Assembly (NCBI GenBank): GCA_965224245.1
Contig: OZ245046.1
Span: forward strand, 2,816,001-2,880,000
Reading direction: 5' to 3'
Length of the DNA stretch: 64,000 nt
Source of the DNA: Candidatus Eiseniibacteriota bacterium
GTDB taxonomy: Bacteria; Eisenbacteria; RBG-16-71-46; CAZAMP01
In this document: positions 1-9,601 of the stretch, one piece after another
How the letters are laid out: each line of letters starts with the position of its first letter
Position numbering within the stretch: position 1 is the first letter of the stretch
Notes under the pieces: model-generated
Told to the model about the DNA's origin: nothing
The model's input: only the letters and a program-made list of their open reading frames with translations
Database searches by the model: none
Made by a program: the position numbers and the translations under genes

Positions 1-1
1 T

Positions 2-2410
2 GAGCGGAACACGAAGCTGCTCCCCATCGCCTACTCCACCCCCGTCTCCACGCCGGCCTTCCTGCTGGGAAAGGCGCTGGCCAACGGCATCGTGGCGCTC
101 GTCGTGCTGCTGACCGCGCTTGTGGGTGCGATCATCGTGATGCTCGTACAGGGACAGGTCGCTCCCACGCTGAGACCGTTCGCGATCGTCTGGGGGTTGC
201 TCCTGTTTCCGACGTTTCTCGCGTGGTCGGCCTACGTCCTCGCGCTCTTCGCCGTCACCGGGAGCCGCTACGGAACCTACGGGCTGGCGCTGGCCACCAT
301 CGCGTTCACGGGCTGGAAGCAGCTCCGGGGCGAGGTCGACTGGCTCGGCAACTGGACGCTCTGGGGCAGCGTCGGCTGGACCGATTTCGGCAGCGTCGAC
401 CCCAACGCCTTCGCGCTCGCGTTGAACCGGCTGTTCTACCTCGGGATCACGGTCGTCCTGATCGCGGTGACGACGCGCGTGTTTCCGCGACGAGAGCACG
501 ACCCGTCGAGAACCGTCGACCGTCTGGGAGCGCCTCGCTTCTTCCGTGCCGCGATGCGCCTGAGCCCGTTCGCGATCCCGGCCGCCGTGGTGGGCACCTT
601 CCTCGCGTTTCAGCTGGCGCGCGGACCGCAGAGCGAGGCGGCCGAGAACCGGGCCAAGGAGTACTGGGGCCGCAACGTGGCCACGTGGCTGAACGGCAAG
701 AGCCCGCACATCACGTCCGCGGACGTCCACGCGACGTTCGACCCGGCGAGCTCGGCCTTCGAGGTGGACGGCACGTACGGTCTCACCAACCCCCACGACG
801 AGCCGCTGTCTCACGTGCCGATGTCGGTCGGGGCGCACTTCGGGGACGTCACCTGGACGCTGGACGGAGCGCCCGCCGAGCCCGAGGACCGATCGAAGCT
901 CTTCGTGTTCGAGCTCGAGCCGGCGCTCGCGAACGGCGACACCATCCGGATCGGGTTCGCGTACGAGGCTCGCTTCCCGCCCGGCATCACCAGGAACGGC
1001 GGTGGCATGGGGGAGTTCGTGCTGCCCAGCGGGATCGTGCTCACGTCGTTCGGATCGACGTTCGTCCCGGTCCCGTACTTCGAGGACGGTCGCGGCGTTG
1101 ACGAGGACAACCACTACGACCCCAGGGACTACGACGACGACTTCTACGAGGGGGTCACGCTGCCCGGGTTCGGCGGCGGCTCTCGCTACCCCGTGCGCAC
1201 GGTCATCACCGGCCCGATCGACTACGTGTTTCACGGGGTGGGAGAGAAGACGTCCGACGTCATCGACGGAGATCTCCGCACGGTCACCTTCGAGACCGAG
1301 TACCCGGTGAACTTCTTCAACGTCGTCGGCAACCGCCACTGGGCTCGGCACGAGGGCGACGGGACCGAGGTCTACTACCTCCCGACGCACGACTACAACA
1401 TCCAGGAGATCGGCGACGCCCTCGACGCGGCGCGGAGGTACTACTCGGAGTGGTTCCATCCGTTTCCCTGGAAGACGCTCCGGCTGAGCGAGTTTCCCGC
1501 GCTGGCGAACTACGCGCAGGGCTTCGCCACCAACATCACGTTCTCGGAGAACATCGGATTCCTGACCCGGAGTCGAGAGGATGCCCGCGCCGCATTCACG
1601 GTGACCGCGCACGAGGCGGCGCACCAGTGGTGGGGCAACCTCCTCCTGCCCGGCGACGGCCCGGGCGGCAACGTGCTGTCCGAAGGCATGGCTCACTTCT
1701 CGACCGCGCTTCTCGTCGAGCAGGTGCACGGGCTCGAGGGACGCGTGGGCTTTCTGTCGCGCATCGAGGAGAGCTACGGCGACAACCGCCGCATCGACTC
1801 CGAGAAGCCCCTCGTGTGGGTCGACGGATCCAAGGGTGGCGACACGACGGTCACCTACGACAAGGGCGGCTGGGTCTTCTTGATGCTGCACGAGCTGATC
1901 GGACGCGAGGCCGGGTTCGCCGGCCTCCGGGCCTTCATCGATCACTACTCACGCGATCCCGATCACCCCGTACTGCAGGACTTCGTCCGCCACATGCGAG
2001 CCTACGCGCCGGACGCGGCGGCTTACGACGCATTCGTGGACCAGTGGTTCTTCCAGGTGGTGGTCCCGGAGTTCCGGCTCGAGGTCGAGGACGTGTCCGA
2101 GGCGCCCGAGGACCGATGGAGCGTCACCGCGACCATCGAGAACGTCGGCACCGGAATCGTCGAGCCGGAGATCGCGCTCACCCGCGGTGCGCGGTTTCGG
2201 GAGGACGGCACCGCCGGCGAGGGACCGGAAGAAGACGACACCGGCGACGGACCCGAGCGTTTTGAGGAGGTTCGGACGACGGTGCGTCTCGCGGCCGGCG
2301 ACCGCGAGACGTTCACGATTGTCTCGGGCTTCGAGCCCGAGCGGATCGTCGTGGATCCGGACTGCCGCGTCCTCCAGCTCCGCCGGGACGACGCGGCGGC
2401 CGAGCTCTGA
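2..2410 (+). CDS. ABC-2 permease / M1 family aminopeptidase fusion protein (5'-partial)
   Basis: Frame is open to the window start (ERNTKLLPIAYSTP...). Multi-TM N-terminal part, then gluzincin motif HEAAHQWW...SEG, a YAQGF exopeptidase-like motif and YDKG. Confidence 0.85.
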   Translation, partial: ERNTKLLPIAYSTPVSTPAFLLGKALANGIVALVVLLTALVGAIIVMLVQGQVAPTLRPFAIVWGLLLFPTFLAWSAYVLALFAVTGSRYGTYGLALATIAFTGWKQLRGEVDWLGNWTLWGSVGWTDFGSVDPNAFALALNRLFYLGITVVLIAVTTRVFPRREHDPSRTVDRLGAPRFFRAAMRLSPFAIPAAVVGTFLAFQLARGPQSEAAENRAKEYWGRNVATWLNGKSPHITSADVHATFDPASSAFEVDGTYGLTNPHDEPLSHVPMSVGAHFGDVTWTLDGAPAEPEDRSKLFVFELEPALANGDTIRIGFAYEARFPPGITRNGGGMGEFVLPSGIVLTSFGSTFVPVPYFEDGRGVDEDNHYDPRDYDDDFYEGVTLPGFGGGSRYPVRTVITGPIDYVFHGVGEKTSDVIDGDLRTVTFETEYPVNFFNVVGNRHWARHEGDGTEVYYLPTHDYNIQEIGDALDAARRYYSEWFHPFPWKTLRLSEFPALANYAQGFATNITFSENIGFLTRSREDARAAFTVTAHEAAHQWWGNLLLPGDGPGGNVLSEGMAHFSTALLVEQVHGLEGRVGFLSRIEESYGDNRRIDSEKPLVWVDGSKGGDTTVTYDKGGWVFLMLHELIGREAGFAGLRAFIDHYSRDPDHPVLQDFVRHMRAYAPDAAAYDAFVDQWFFQVVVPEFRLEVEDVSEAPEDRWSVTATIENVGTGIVEPEIALTRGARFREDGTAGEGPEEDDTGDGPERFEEVRTTVRLAAGDRETFTIVSGFEPERIVVDPDCRVLQLRRDDAAAEL

Positions 2411-2490
2411 GCACCCGGGTCCGGCCGCTTCGGGCAGGACACCCGGCAGCACGTCCGTGCGTGCCGCCGGGTGGATCCCGGCGACCGCGA

Positions 2491-2940
2491 TCAGTGTCCG
2501 TGGCCGTAGGCCTCGTGAAAGGCGGTGATCAGCGTCCGGAGGCTCTCGACGTGCGTGCCATCGGTGGTCTGCTTGCACTTCATCGCGTGATGGACGATCC
2601 CGTGAAGCAGGGCCAGCTTGGCGGTGTACGCGGTGTAGGCCTCGGCGTCGGACGGATCCACCGGCGCGATGCGCTGGGCCAGGAAGTAGTACGTCGCGAT
2701 CTGCGAGAGATTGTCCGCGTGCTGATCCTTGTTCGCCACCCAGCGCACGACCTGATTCTGGGGCTGCCCCTCGGCCGTGATCTGGGTCATCGCTTTCTCG
2801 ATCGTCGTGACGTGCTCGTTCATCAGGGTAAAGCGCGCCTCGTCGTCGTAGATTCCGCAGGGCACCTGACAGTGGGCATCGACGTCGCGCACCCCGGCCA
2901 GCGCGCCCACGAGAAGTGCGATCCCGAGTATCCGTCGCAT
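2491..2940 (-). CDS. sodN: Nickel superoxide dismutase precursor
   Basis: Ni-hook motif HCQVPCGIYD directly after a signal-peptide-like leader. VRWV..KD.HA and KCKQ also match the family. AAGGA RBS upstream. Confidence 0.93.
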   Translation of the reverse strand: MRRILGIALLVGALAGVRDVDAHCQVPCGIYDDEARFTLMNEHVTTIEKAMTQITAEGQPQNQVVRWVANKDQHADNLSQIATYYFLAQRIAPVDPSDAEAYTAYTAKLALLHGIVHHAMKCKQTTDGTHVESLRTLITAFHEAYGHGH

Positions 2941-3121
2941 GTTTCGTCATCCTTTCGTCGGGCGGACGCGACCCTCCAGGCGGATCCTGTCATGGCCACG
3001 TCCATCCCACGCGTTGGCGAACCAGAGTAGCAGGCCGACGGCGACGCGCAAGCAACGCGAGACGGCCGCCCGAGAGGTCTCGGACGGCCGTCGTCGGACG
3101 CGCAGGGGTCGACGAGGTCGA

Positions 3122-4771
3122 CTAGTGAAGGCCCGGCGTCATCAGATGGATGTCGACCCGGTGCGAGGTGTCGTCGGGCGCACGGAACGCGGTCGCCACG
3201 GACGTGACCTGGCCCACGAACGCGCGGGCATGGATGCGCGCGACCCCGACGCCCATCTGTACGAGGCTGCGCTGCACCGACGCCGCATACGCACGCGCCA
3301 GCTCCAGCCCGTTGCGGGGATCCCCCCACGGGTCCACGGCGTGGCCGTCGACGATCACCTGCACGTCGCGCTCGCCGACCACGATCGACGCCAGCGAGGC
3401 GAGACATCCCTCGGCCTCGGGTCGCAGATGCCCGTGGCTCGGATCGAACAGGTACGCGCTCGGGAAGCTCAGGGTGTAGCCGTCGAGCGTCCGTCGGGCA
3501 TCCACCGCACCGCGACACTGAGCCGTCCAGTCACTCAGCGCGATCGCGAGCGCATCCGCGTGCGGCCGACCGGCCGGGAGCTGCGGTGTCTCGACGGCCG
3601 GCATCGGATCGGTCGCGTACCGACCTCCGAACACCCCGACCGTCGAGGCCGGAACGCCACCCGATCGCCGCGCCGCGGCCGAGGCGATGGTCTCGGCCTC
3701 GGACGACCCGACGCGCGCCCCCGGGCTCCACGTCGTGCGACCGTCACGCCCCGGGTCCGTCGCCACCGGATCGCCGATCGCGTCGCCACGCTGGGCCTCC
3801 AGCGAGCTGAGCCGGCGGGCCAGCGCGTCGTTCTGGGCCAGCAGCGTGTCCAGGAGTCGCTCGAGCCGGTCCACGTCGTTCGCGGTGACCCCGGTCGCGC
3901 CCGTCGCGGCGCCGCTCATCGTCGCGGGAGGCGCCATCGGAGAGGCTCCCATGGGGCCGGGTCCGAGCATGACCGGCACGTCCGCATACGACTCACCGGC
4001 GATGACCGCACCGCGCGGCGGCACGCCGATGGCACGCGCCTTCAGCTCGGCGATCTCCCGCGGGCTCAGCTCCTGATCCATGGCGTCGACGTCGGGGGCG
4101 GGCATCGTGAAGGACGCCGCACGTACCGGCGACCCGGGCTGCCCGACGCCCGCGGGATCCGCCATCCGCGTGGGATACGGGGTCTCCACCCGCGCGGGCG
4201 GATCGAACCGCCACGTCGCCCCGACCGACAGGTTCCAGTTGTCGATGTCGTCGACGAACTGTCGCCGGAGCTCGACCATCCACCCGAGCCCCGGATTCGC
4301 GCTCTCTACACCGAGACCGAGATCGAGGCCGAGGTTCAGTCCGGTGAGTGCGTCCTCGAGGCTCGCGTCGTGGGCGATGTGCGCGTTCACGAGATGCACC
4401 CCGAGGCCGGTCACCGCGTACGGCACGACACTCTTGACGGCCGCTACGTGCCATCGGAGGTCGCCGTGCAGGCCCAGATCGCGGATGCTACCCTTCGCGC
4501 GGCTGCCGAGATCGCCGCGATCGATGTCGGCCGCCCAGTAGTCGAGCCCCGCGGTCAGACGGAAGTTCGGATCCCCGAGCGTCCCGAGCCCGACCGTCGC
4601 GCCCCATCGCACACCGGCGTCCGCGTTGGCCGGGTTGACGATGCCGGTGGTCAGGCGAAGCGCGTCCGGACCGGTGGTCCGGGCGGCGGCCGGGGGAGTG
4701 AGCTGTGCATGCCCGATCGCCGCCGTCCCGGCCAGCAGCATGACGCAGAGTGCGGGAGTGAACCGTTTCAT
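3122..4771 (-). CDS. OmpA-family outer membrane protein (beta-barrel, low-complexity/coiled-coil linker, degenerate OmpA C-terminal domain)
   Basis: ATG at 4771 with GGAGG RBS, signal peptide MKRFTPALCVMLLAGTAAIGHA, amphipathic strands ending GATWRF, C-terminal LF.P...LRP...IVDGH...GV..ARI...HRVDI. Confidence 0.7.
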   Translation of the reverse strand: MKRFTPALCVMLLAGTAAIGHAQLTPPAAARTTGPDALRLTTGIVNPANADAGVRWGATVGLGTLGDPNFRLTAGLDYWAADIDRGDLGSRAKGSIRDLGLHGDLRWHVAAVKSVVPYAVTGLGVHLVNAHIAHDASLEDALTGLNLGLDLGLGVESANPGLGWMVELRRQFVDDIDNWNLSVGATWRFDPPARVETPYPTRMADPAGVGQPGSPVRAASFTMPAPDVDAMDQELSPREIAELKARAIGVPPRGAVIAGESYADVPVMLGPGPMGASPMAPPATMSGAATGATGVTANDVDRLERLLDTLLAQNDALARRLSSLEAQRGDAIGDPVATDPGRDGRTTWSPGARVGSSEAETIASAAARRSGGVPASTVGVFGGRYATDPMPAVETPQLPAGRPHADALAIALSDWTAQCRGAVDARRTLDGYTLSFPSAYLFDPSHGHLRPEAEGCLASLASIVVGERDVQVIVDGHAVDPWGDPRNGLELARAYAASVQRSLVQMGVGVARIHARAFVGQVTSVATAFRAPDDTSHRVDIHLMTPGLH

Positions 4772-4885
4772 GACGCCTCCGTTCGAGGTCGCGTGCAATC
4801 CGTGTGGAACGGCGCGGGGACGTGTCCGTCGCCGGCCGGGGATTCCCTGCGTCCAGTTGGACCCGCCGGGCGCTCGGTGGGTCAC

Positions 4886-5941
4886 ATGAGTTCAACGAAC
4901 CCGAAGGGCAGCAATCGATTGGCTCTGAGGAAGATCCACCTCCAGGAGCCTCTGGGTCCGGACGAACGCCGGTGGCTGGAGACCGCGTGCCGGACCGACC
5001 CGGCCATCACCGAGGGCCCCGAGCCGCCCCCCGACGCGGCCTACGACACCCTGGTGGCCGGCGTGCCGACCGAGGCCCTCCTCGACGGCTCCGATCGGCT
5101 CGCCCGGGTGGTGATTCCGTGGGCCGGCCTTCCCTCGACGACGGCGGCCCGGCTGGCCGCGCGGCCCCACCTCCGCGTCTACAACGTGCACCACAACGCG
5201 GCAGCCACGGCCGAGATGGCCGTCGGGCTGGTCATCGCCGCGGCCAAGCGCCTGGTCCCGCACGACGCCGCGCTCCGGGCCGGTGACTGGCGCTCCCGCT
5301 CGGCGCGCGATCAGGCGATCTCGCTCCGCGATCGCGACGCGGTGGTGCTCGGGCACGGCGCCATCGGATCGCGTGTGGCGCCGGCGCTGGCCGCTCTCGG
5401 CATGCGCGTCACCGCGCTTCGCCGAGGATCGGCGTCCCACCGGGCGGCCGCGCCGGACGACGCACGAGATCGCGCCGACGACGATGCGAGATCCCCCGCG
5501 ATCGCGGTCCGCGACACCCGCGACTGGCCCGACCCGCTGGACGGGGCGACGGTGCTCGTGGTGTGCGTTCCGTTCACACGCGAGACCGAGGGACTGGTCG
5601 ACGCCGCGGCGCTCACCCGTCTCGCGCCCGACGCCGTCGTGGTGAACGTGGCGCGCGGCCCCATCGTCGACGAGGATGCGCTCTACGAGGCGCTCAGGAC
5701 CGACCGCATCTTCGGGGCCGGGCTCGACGTCTGGTACCGGTATCCGCGCGAGGACGTGACCGAGCGCGTGTTCCCGTCGCGGCACGCGTTCCACGAGCTC
5801 CCGAACGTGGTGCTGAGCCCACACCGCGCGGGTCACGTTCGCGAGACCGAGCGGCTCCGCGTCGAGGCCCTCGCCGCGCTGTTCGACGCGATCTCGGCCG
5901 GACGTCCGCCGCGCGAGGTGAAGGTCGAGCGCGGCTACTGA
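4886..5941 (+). CDS. D-isomer-specific 2-hydroxyacid dehydrogenase, NAD(P)-binding
   Basis: GHGAIG Rossmann motif, VNVARG, GAGLDVW, SPHRAG. The upstream part of the 1000-aa ORF is a shadow of the OmpA gene. Exact start uncertain. Confidence 0.9.
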   Translation: MSSTNPKGSNRLALRKIHLQEPLGPDERRWLETACRTDPAITEGPEPPPDAAYDTLVAGVPTEALLDGSDRLARVVIPWAGLPSTTAARLAARPHLRVYNVHHNAAATAEMAVGLVIAAAKRLVPHDAALRAGDWRSRSARDQAISLRDRDAVVLGHGAIGSRVAPALAALGMRVTALRRGSASHRAAAPDDARDRADDDARSPAIAVRDTRDWPDPLDGATVLVVCVPFTRETEGLVDAAALTRLAPDAVVVNVARGPIVDEDALYEALRTDRIFGAGLDVWYRYPREDVTERVFPSRHAFHELPNVVLSPHRAGHVRETERLRVEALAALFDAISAGRPPREVKVERGY

Positions 5942-6039
5942 CCGCGGCCGCCTCGCGACGTTTCACCGGCGCGCGGCTCTTCGCTACACTGCCCGCCGAC
6001 CCGAGTCCCTGACCCCGACCACCGCGGCGGAAGGCCCCC

Positions 6040-7941
6040 GTGATTCGACCGGCACTCATGCTCGTGCTCTGGGCGGCGGCCGCCGCCCTAACCGAGGCGG
6101 CGATACTCGAGCGGATCTTCTTCGTGCGCCTCCGACGGGCCACCGACAGTCTGGAGCTGGTCGCGAACTACGCGATCGGGGTCCTCGTGGTCGGGCTCGT
6201 GGTCGCCGCGGCGACCCGGCTCGCTCGACGATCGCGCGGCGGGGCTCCGGCCGGTCGCGTGATCGAGGCGTGCCTCGGCATCGGGCTCCTCGGCGCGGTG
6301 CTCTGGAACGCCACCGTGGCGTTCCGTCTCGGGGGTCGACACGCATCGCTCGGTGCCGCGCTTCTGGCCGTCCTCGTGCTCGTGCTGGTGACGCTGGCCG
6401 CCATCGCGTTCGCCCGCGCCACACCGAAGCGGGCGGCGACGGTGCGCATCGGGCTCGCTCTCTACGTCGGCGCCGCGATGCTGATCAATCCGCTCCGGCG
6501 CGGGGACACCGCGTCCGGCGTCGAGGTGGCGCACGCGCGACTCACCGCCGCCCCCCGCAACGTGCTCGTGATCCTGACCGACACGCTCCGGTCCGACTAT
6601 CTCGGCTGCTACGGGCAAGCGCTGCCCACCAGTCCCACGATCGACTCGCTGGCGGTGGCCGGCGCGCGGTTCACCGACGCGATCGGAGCGGCGTCGTGGA
6701 CGTTGCCGTCGACCGCATCACTGATGACCGGATGGTTTCCGGCCAGCCACGGGGCCGATCGTCCGTTCGCCGCGATCCGGCCCGGCGCTCCACGCCTGGC
6801 CTCGATCTTCGCCGGGGCCGGGTTTCGGACCGCCGCGTTCAGCGAGAACGCGATGATCATCCCGCGCTACGGATTCGGCGACGGCTTCGATCACTACTGG
6901 AGCTTCTGGTTTCCGTGGGTCACCCAGAGCGCGCTCGCCCATCGCGTGCACGCGCGCGCGGGTCTCCCGTGGCTGTCGTTCACCGAGAAGCGCGAGTATC
7001 CCGAGAGCTTCGAGGACCCGCGCGACCTTCGCTGGGACGCGCGGGTGACCGCCGAGCGCGTCTCGGCCTGGATCGACGAACACGCGAGCGAGCGCTTCTT
7101 CGTCTACGTGCACTTCATGGGTCCGCATGGACCCTACGGACCGCCGGAGTACCTGCTGCCCGGCGCGGCGCCCCGCGTCCGTCTCGCCGATCATCCGAAG
7201 TCCATCGGCGAGGCGTTCCCGCTGGGGACGCCCGGCGCACCGGTCTCCGACGACGAGCGCGCGTTCATCACCACGATGTACGCGGCGGACGTGCGCTACG
7301 TGGACAGCGCGGTGGCCAGGATCGTGGACACCCTGCGCCGACGGAATCTCCTGGACGACACGCTGATCCTGTTCACGAGCGACCACGGCGAGGAGTTCTT
7401 CGAGCACTCGGGGTGGAACCACGGGGCGAGCGCGTTCCGGGAGATCACCGACGTGCCACTGATCGTCGCGGGAGCCGGCATCCGGGCGCGCGGCGAGGTC
7501 ATCGGCGATCGCGTCCGGACGATCGACGTGGCGCCGACGCTGGTGGAGCTCGCCGGTCTCGTCACGAACGCTCCCTTTGCCGGACACAGCCTCGCGGGAC
7601 GGCTCACCGGATCGCCCGCCCCCCAGGACGCGCCGCCGGCATTCGTGGACGCCTGCGTTCGCCGCCCGTCCGACGGATCGGTCGCGGCGCTGGTGACCAA
7701 TGCCTACAAGGTCGTGCGGGTGCGGGCCGGCGATCGCGACACCGTGATGCTGTTCGACCGCCGATCGGACCCGACCGAGGAGCACGACCTCGCACCCACG
7801 CTACCGGCCACACGGGACTCGCTCCTGCGCGGGCTCTACGAGTGGGAACGCGTCGCCGGCGCCCATGGTGGCTCCGCGCGCGATCTACCCGTCGATCCGA
7901 CCATGGAAGACGCGCTCCGCTCGCTCGGCTACATCAACTGA
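6040..7941 (+). CDS. Membrane-anchored sulfatase-like hydrolase/transferase (alkaline phosphatase superfamily)
   Basis: N-terminal TM helices, then DTLR, ASWTLPSTASLMTG, HFMGPHGPY and TSDHGEEF motifs. Confidence 0.85.
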   Translation: MIRPALMLVLWAAAAALTEAAILERIFFVRLRRATDSLELVANYAIGVLVVGLVVAAATRLARRSRGGAPAGRVIEACLGIGLLGAVLWNATVAFRLGGRHASLGAALLAVLVLVLVTLAAIAFARATPKRAATVRIGLALYVGAAMLINPLRRGDTASGVEVAHARLTAAPRNVLVILTDTLRSDYLGCYGQALPTSPTIDSLAVAGARFTDAIGAASWTLPSTASLMTGWFPASHGADRPFAAIRPGAPRLASIFAGAGFRTAAFSENAMIIPRYGFGDGFDHYWSFWFPWVTQSALAHRVHARAGLPWLSFTEKREYPESFEDPRDLRWDARVTAERVSAWIDEHASERFFVYVHFMGPHGPYGPPEYLLPGAAPRVRLADHPKSIGEAFPLGTPGAPVSDDERAFITTMYAADVRYVDSAVARIVDTLRRRNLLDDTLILFTSDHGEEFFEHSGWNHGASAFREITDVPLIVAGAGIRARGEVIGDRVRTIDVAPTLVELAGLVTNAPFAGHSLAGRLTGSPAPQDAPPAFVDACVRRPSDGSVAALVTNAYKVVRVRAGDRDTVMLFDRRSDPTEEHDLAPTLPATRDSLLRGLYEWERVAGAHGGSARDLPVDPTMEDALRSLGYIN

Positions 7942-8052
7942 GCGGCGGCGATCCCAACTCGGACGTGACACGCCGGGGGACAGCACGTACCATGCGCGCC
8001 TGCCGTCGACCCGGATCGGTCTCCAGCTCCTCTGCGTCCGGAAAGCCGTCAC

Positions 8053-8829
8053 ATGAAGCTCGTCACGTGGAACGTGAACTCGATCAAGGCCCGGCTCCCG
8101 CGCGTGCTGGAGTTCCTGGACACGCACGCGCCCGACGTCCTGTGCGTGCAGGAGACGAAGACCACGTCGGAGGACTTCCCTCACCTCGCGCTCGCGGAGA
8201 AGGGTTACCGCGCGGTCGAGCACAGCAGCGGCCGCTGGACCGGGGTGGCGATCATCACGCGCGAGGGGCTCGACGTGCGGGATCCCGAGCGCGGGCTCGC
8301 GGGAACGCCGCTACCCGACGAGGCTCGCTGGATCGAGGCCACCGTCGAGGGCCTGCGCGTCGTGAGCGTCTACGTGGTCAACGGCCGCACGCTGGACGAT
8401 CCGATGTACCGGACGAAGCTCGAGTTCCTCGATCGGATGATCGCGCGCGCGGGTGCGCTGGCCGCGACCCCGTCGGTGATCGTCGGTGACTACAACATCG
8501 CGCCGGCGGACGTGGACGTCTACGATCCCGAGAAGTTCGTGGGCACCACACACACGTCGGACGCCGAGCGCGAGCGGCTGAGAGCGCTTCTCGACTCCGG
8601 GTTCGTGGACGCGTACCGGCACCTTCACCCCGAGGAGGTGCAGTACACGTGGTGGGACTACCGCATGGGCCATTTCCATCGGGGCATGGGCCTTCGCATC
8701 GACCTCGCGCTGGTCTCGGCCGACGTCGCGTCGCGCCTGTCGGCGTGCGGGATCGAGCGTCCGTTCCGAAAAGGACCCAAGCCCTCCGATCACGCTCCGC
8801 TGGTCGTGCAGATCGACGCCGCCTCGTGA
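8053..8829 (+). CDS. xth: Exodeoxyribonuclease III
   Basis: MKLVTWNVNS, LCVQETK, GDYNIAP, YTWWDYR, GLRID and PSDHAP motifs. Confidence 0.96.
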   Translation: MKLVTWNVNSIKARLPRVLEFLDTHAPDVLCVQETKTTSEDFPHLALAEKGYRAVEHSSGRWTGVAIITREGLDVRDPERGLAGTPLPDEARWIEATVEGLRVVSVYVVNGRTLDDPMYRTKLEFLDRMIARAGALAATPSVIVGDYNIAPADVDVYDPEKFVGTTHTSDAERERLRALLDSGFVDAYRHLHPEEVQYTWWDYRMGHFHRGMGLRIDLALVSADVASRLSACGIERPFRKGPKPSDHAPLVVQIDAAS

Positions 8830-8847
8830 CCGGGCGGCGAGGCTCGC

Positions 8848-9408
8848 TCAGTACGCGACCGACCGCAGCAGGCGATCCCCGCGGAACACGAACGTGACGT
8901 AGGCCTCGGGGTACGTCCAGAACTCGCTGATGATCCCCTGGTCGTTCTCGCGGTGACGGTATCGCGGGAAGCCGTACGTCTCGTAGATGCGCGAGCGATC
9001 ACCGCCCCACGCCGCGCGGAGGTTCATGAAGCGCAGGTTCTTCCGCGCGCGCTTCCCCTTCACCGTCAGGAGGATGCCCGGCTTCACCTCGATGTAGCGG
9101 GTGTCGCCGGCCATGACCCGCGACGCCGCGGTCGATACCGAGACGATGGATGTGGGCGATGCCGGCGACGCTGGTGACGCGGACGACGGGGCGGAGGCCG
9201 TCTCCGGCGCGGGGGTCGGCGGCGTGACGTCGTCGGCGTGAATGACGATCCGGATGGGCTCTCCCGTCCGGGGGGGTTCGATCTCGCTCCGGGCGCTCGT
9301 CGCCGACGCCACGAGCGCGGCGGCAACCGCGACGGCGGCGGCGGCGCGTCGTCCGGCTCGGCGAGACGCGATGGGCGCGAAACGGTGGGACCAGGTCGTT
9401 CGCGACAC
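8848..9408 (-). CDS. Hypothetical secreted protein (Pro/Ser-rich linker, small C-terminal domain)
   Basis: GTG at 9408 with GAGGAGG RBS and signal-peptide-like N-terminus. C-terminal YGFP...EFWTYPEAYVTFVFRG. Confidence 0.65.
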   Translation of the reverse strand: MSRTTWSHRFAPIASRRAGRRAAAAVAVAAALVASATSARSEIEPPRTGEPIRIVIHADDVTPPTPAPETASAPSSASPASPASPTSIVSVSTAASRVMAGDTRYIEVKPGILLTVKGKRARKNLRFMNLRAAWGGDRSRIYETYGFPRYRHRENDQGIISEFWTYPEAYVTFVFRGDRLLRSVAY

Positions 9409-9601
9409 GGTGTCCTCCTCGGGTGGTGAGCTCGTGTGTGCCGGCCGAACCAGGCCGGGCCGGCCCTCCACGCGGAGTATAGCGGAAACGCTCTAATCCA
9501 GGCCACGCCCGGTCCAGAGACCGCCGTTGAGAAACCGGGCGGTGCCGTCGAACAAGGAACGCGACGCGCCAGCCCTTCCTCGAAGACCCGAGCCCCGGCG
9601 G

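Noticed and set aside
2939..4885. Apparent 1000-aa fusion N-terminal to the 2-hydroxyacid dehydrogenase
   Set aside because: The first ~650 aa are antisense to the OmpA-like gene; homology-like sequence begins only near 4886.
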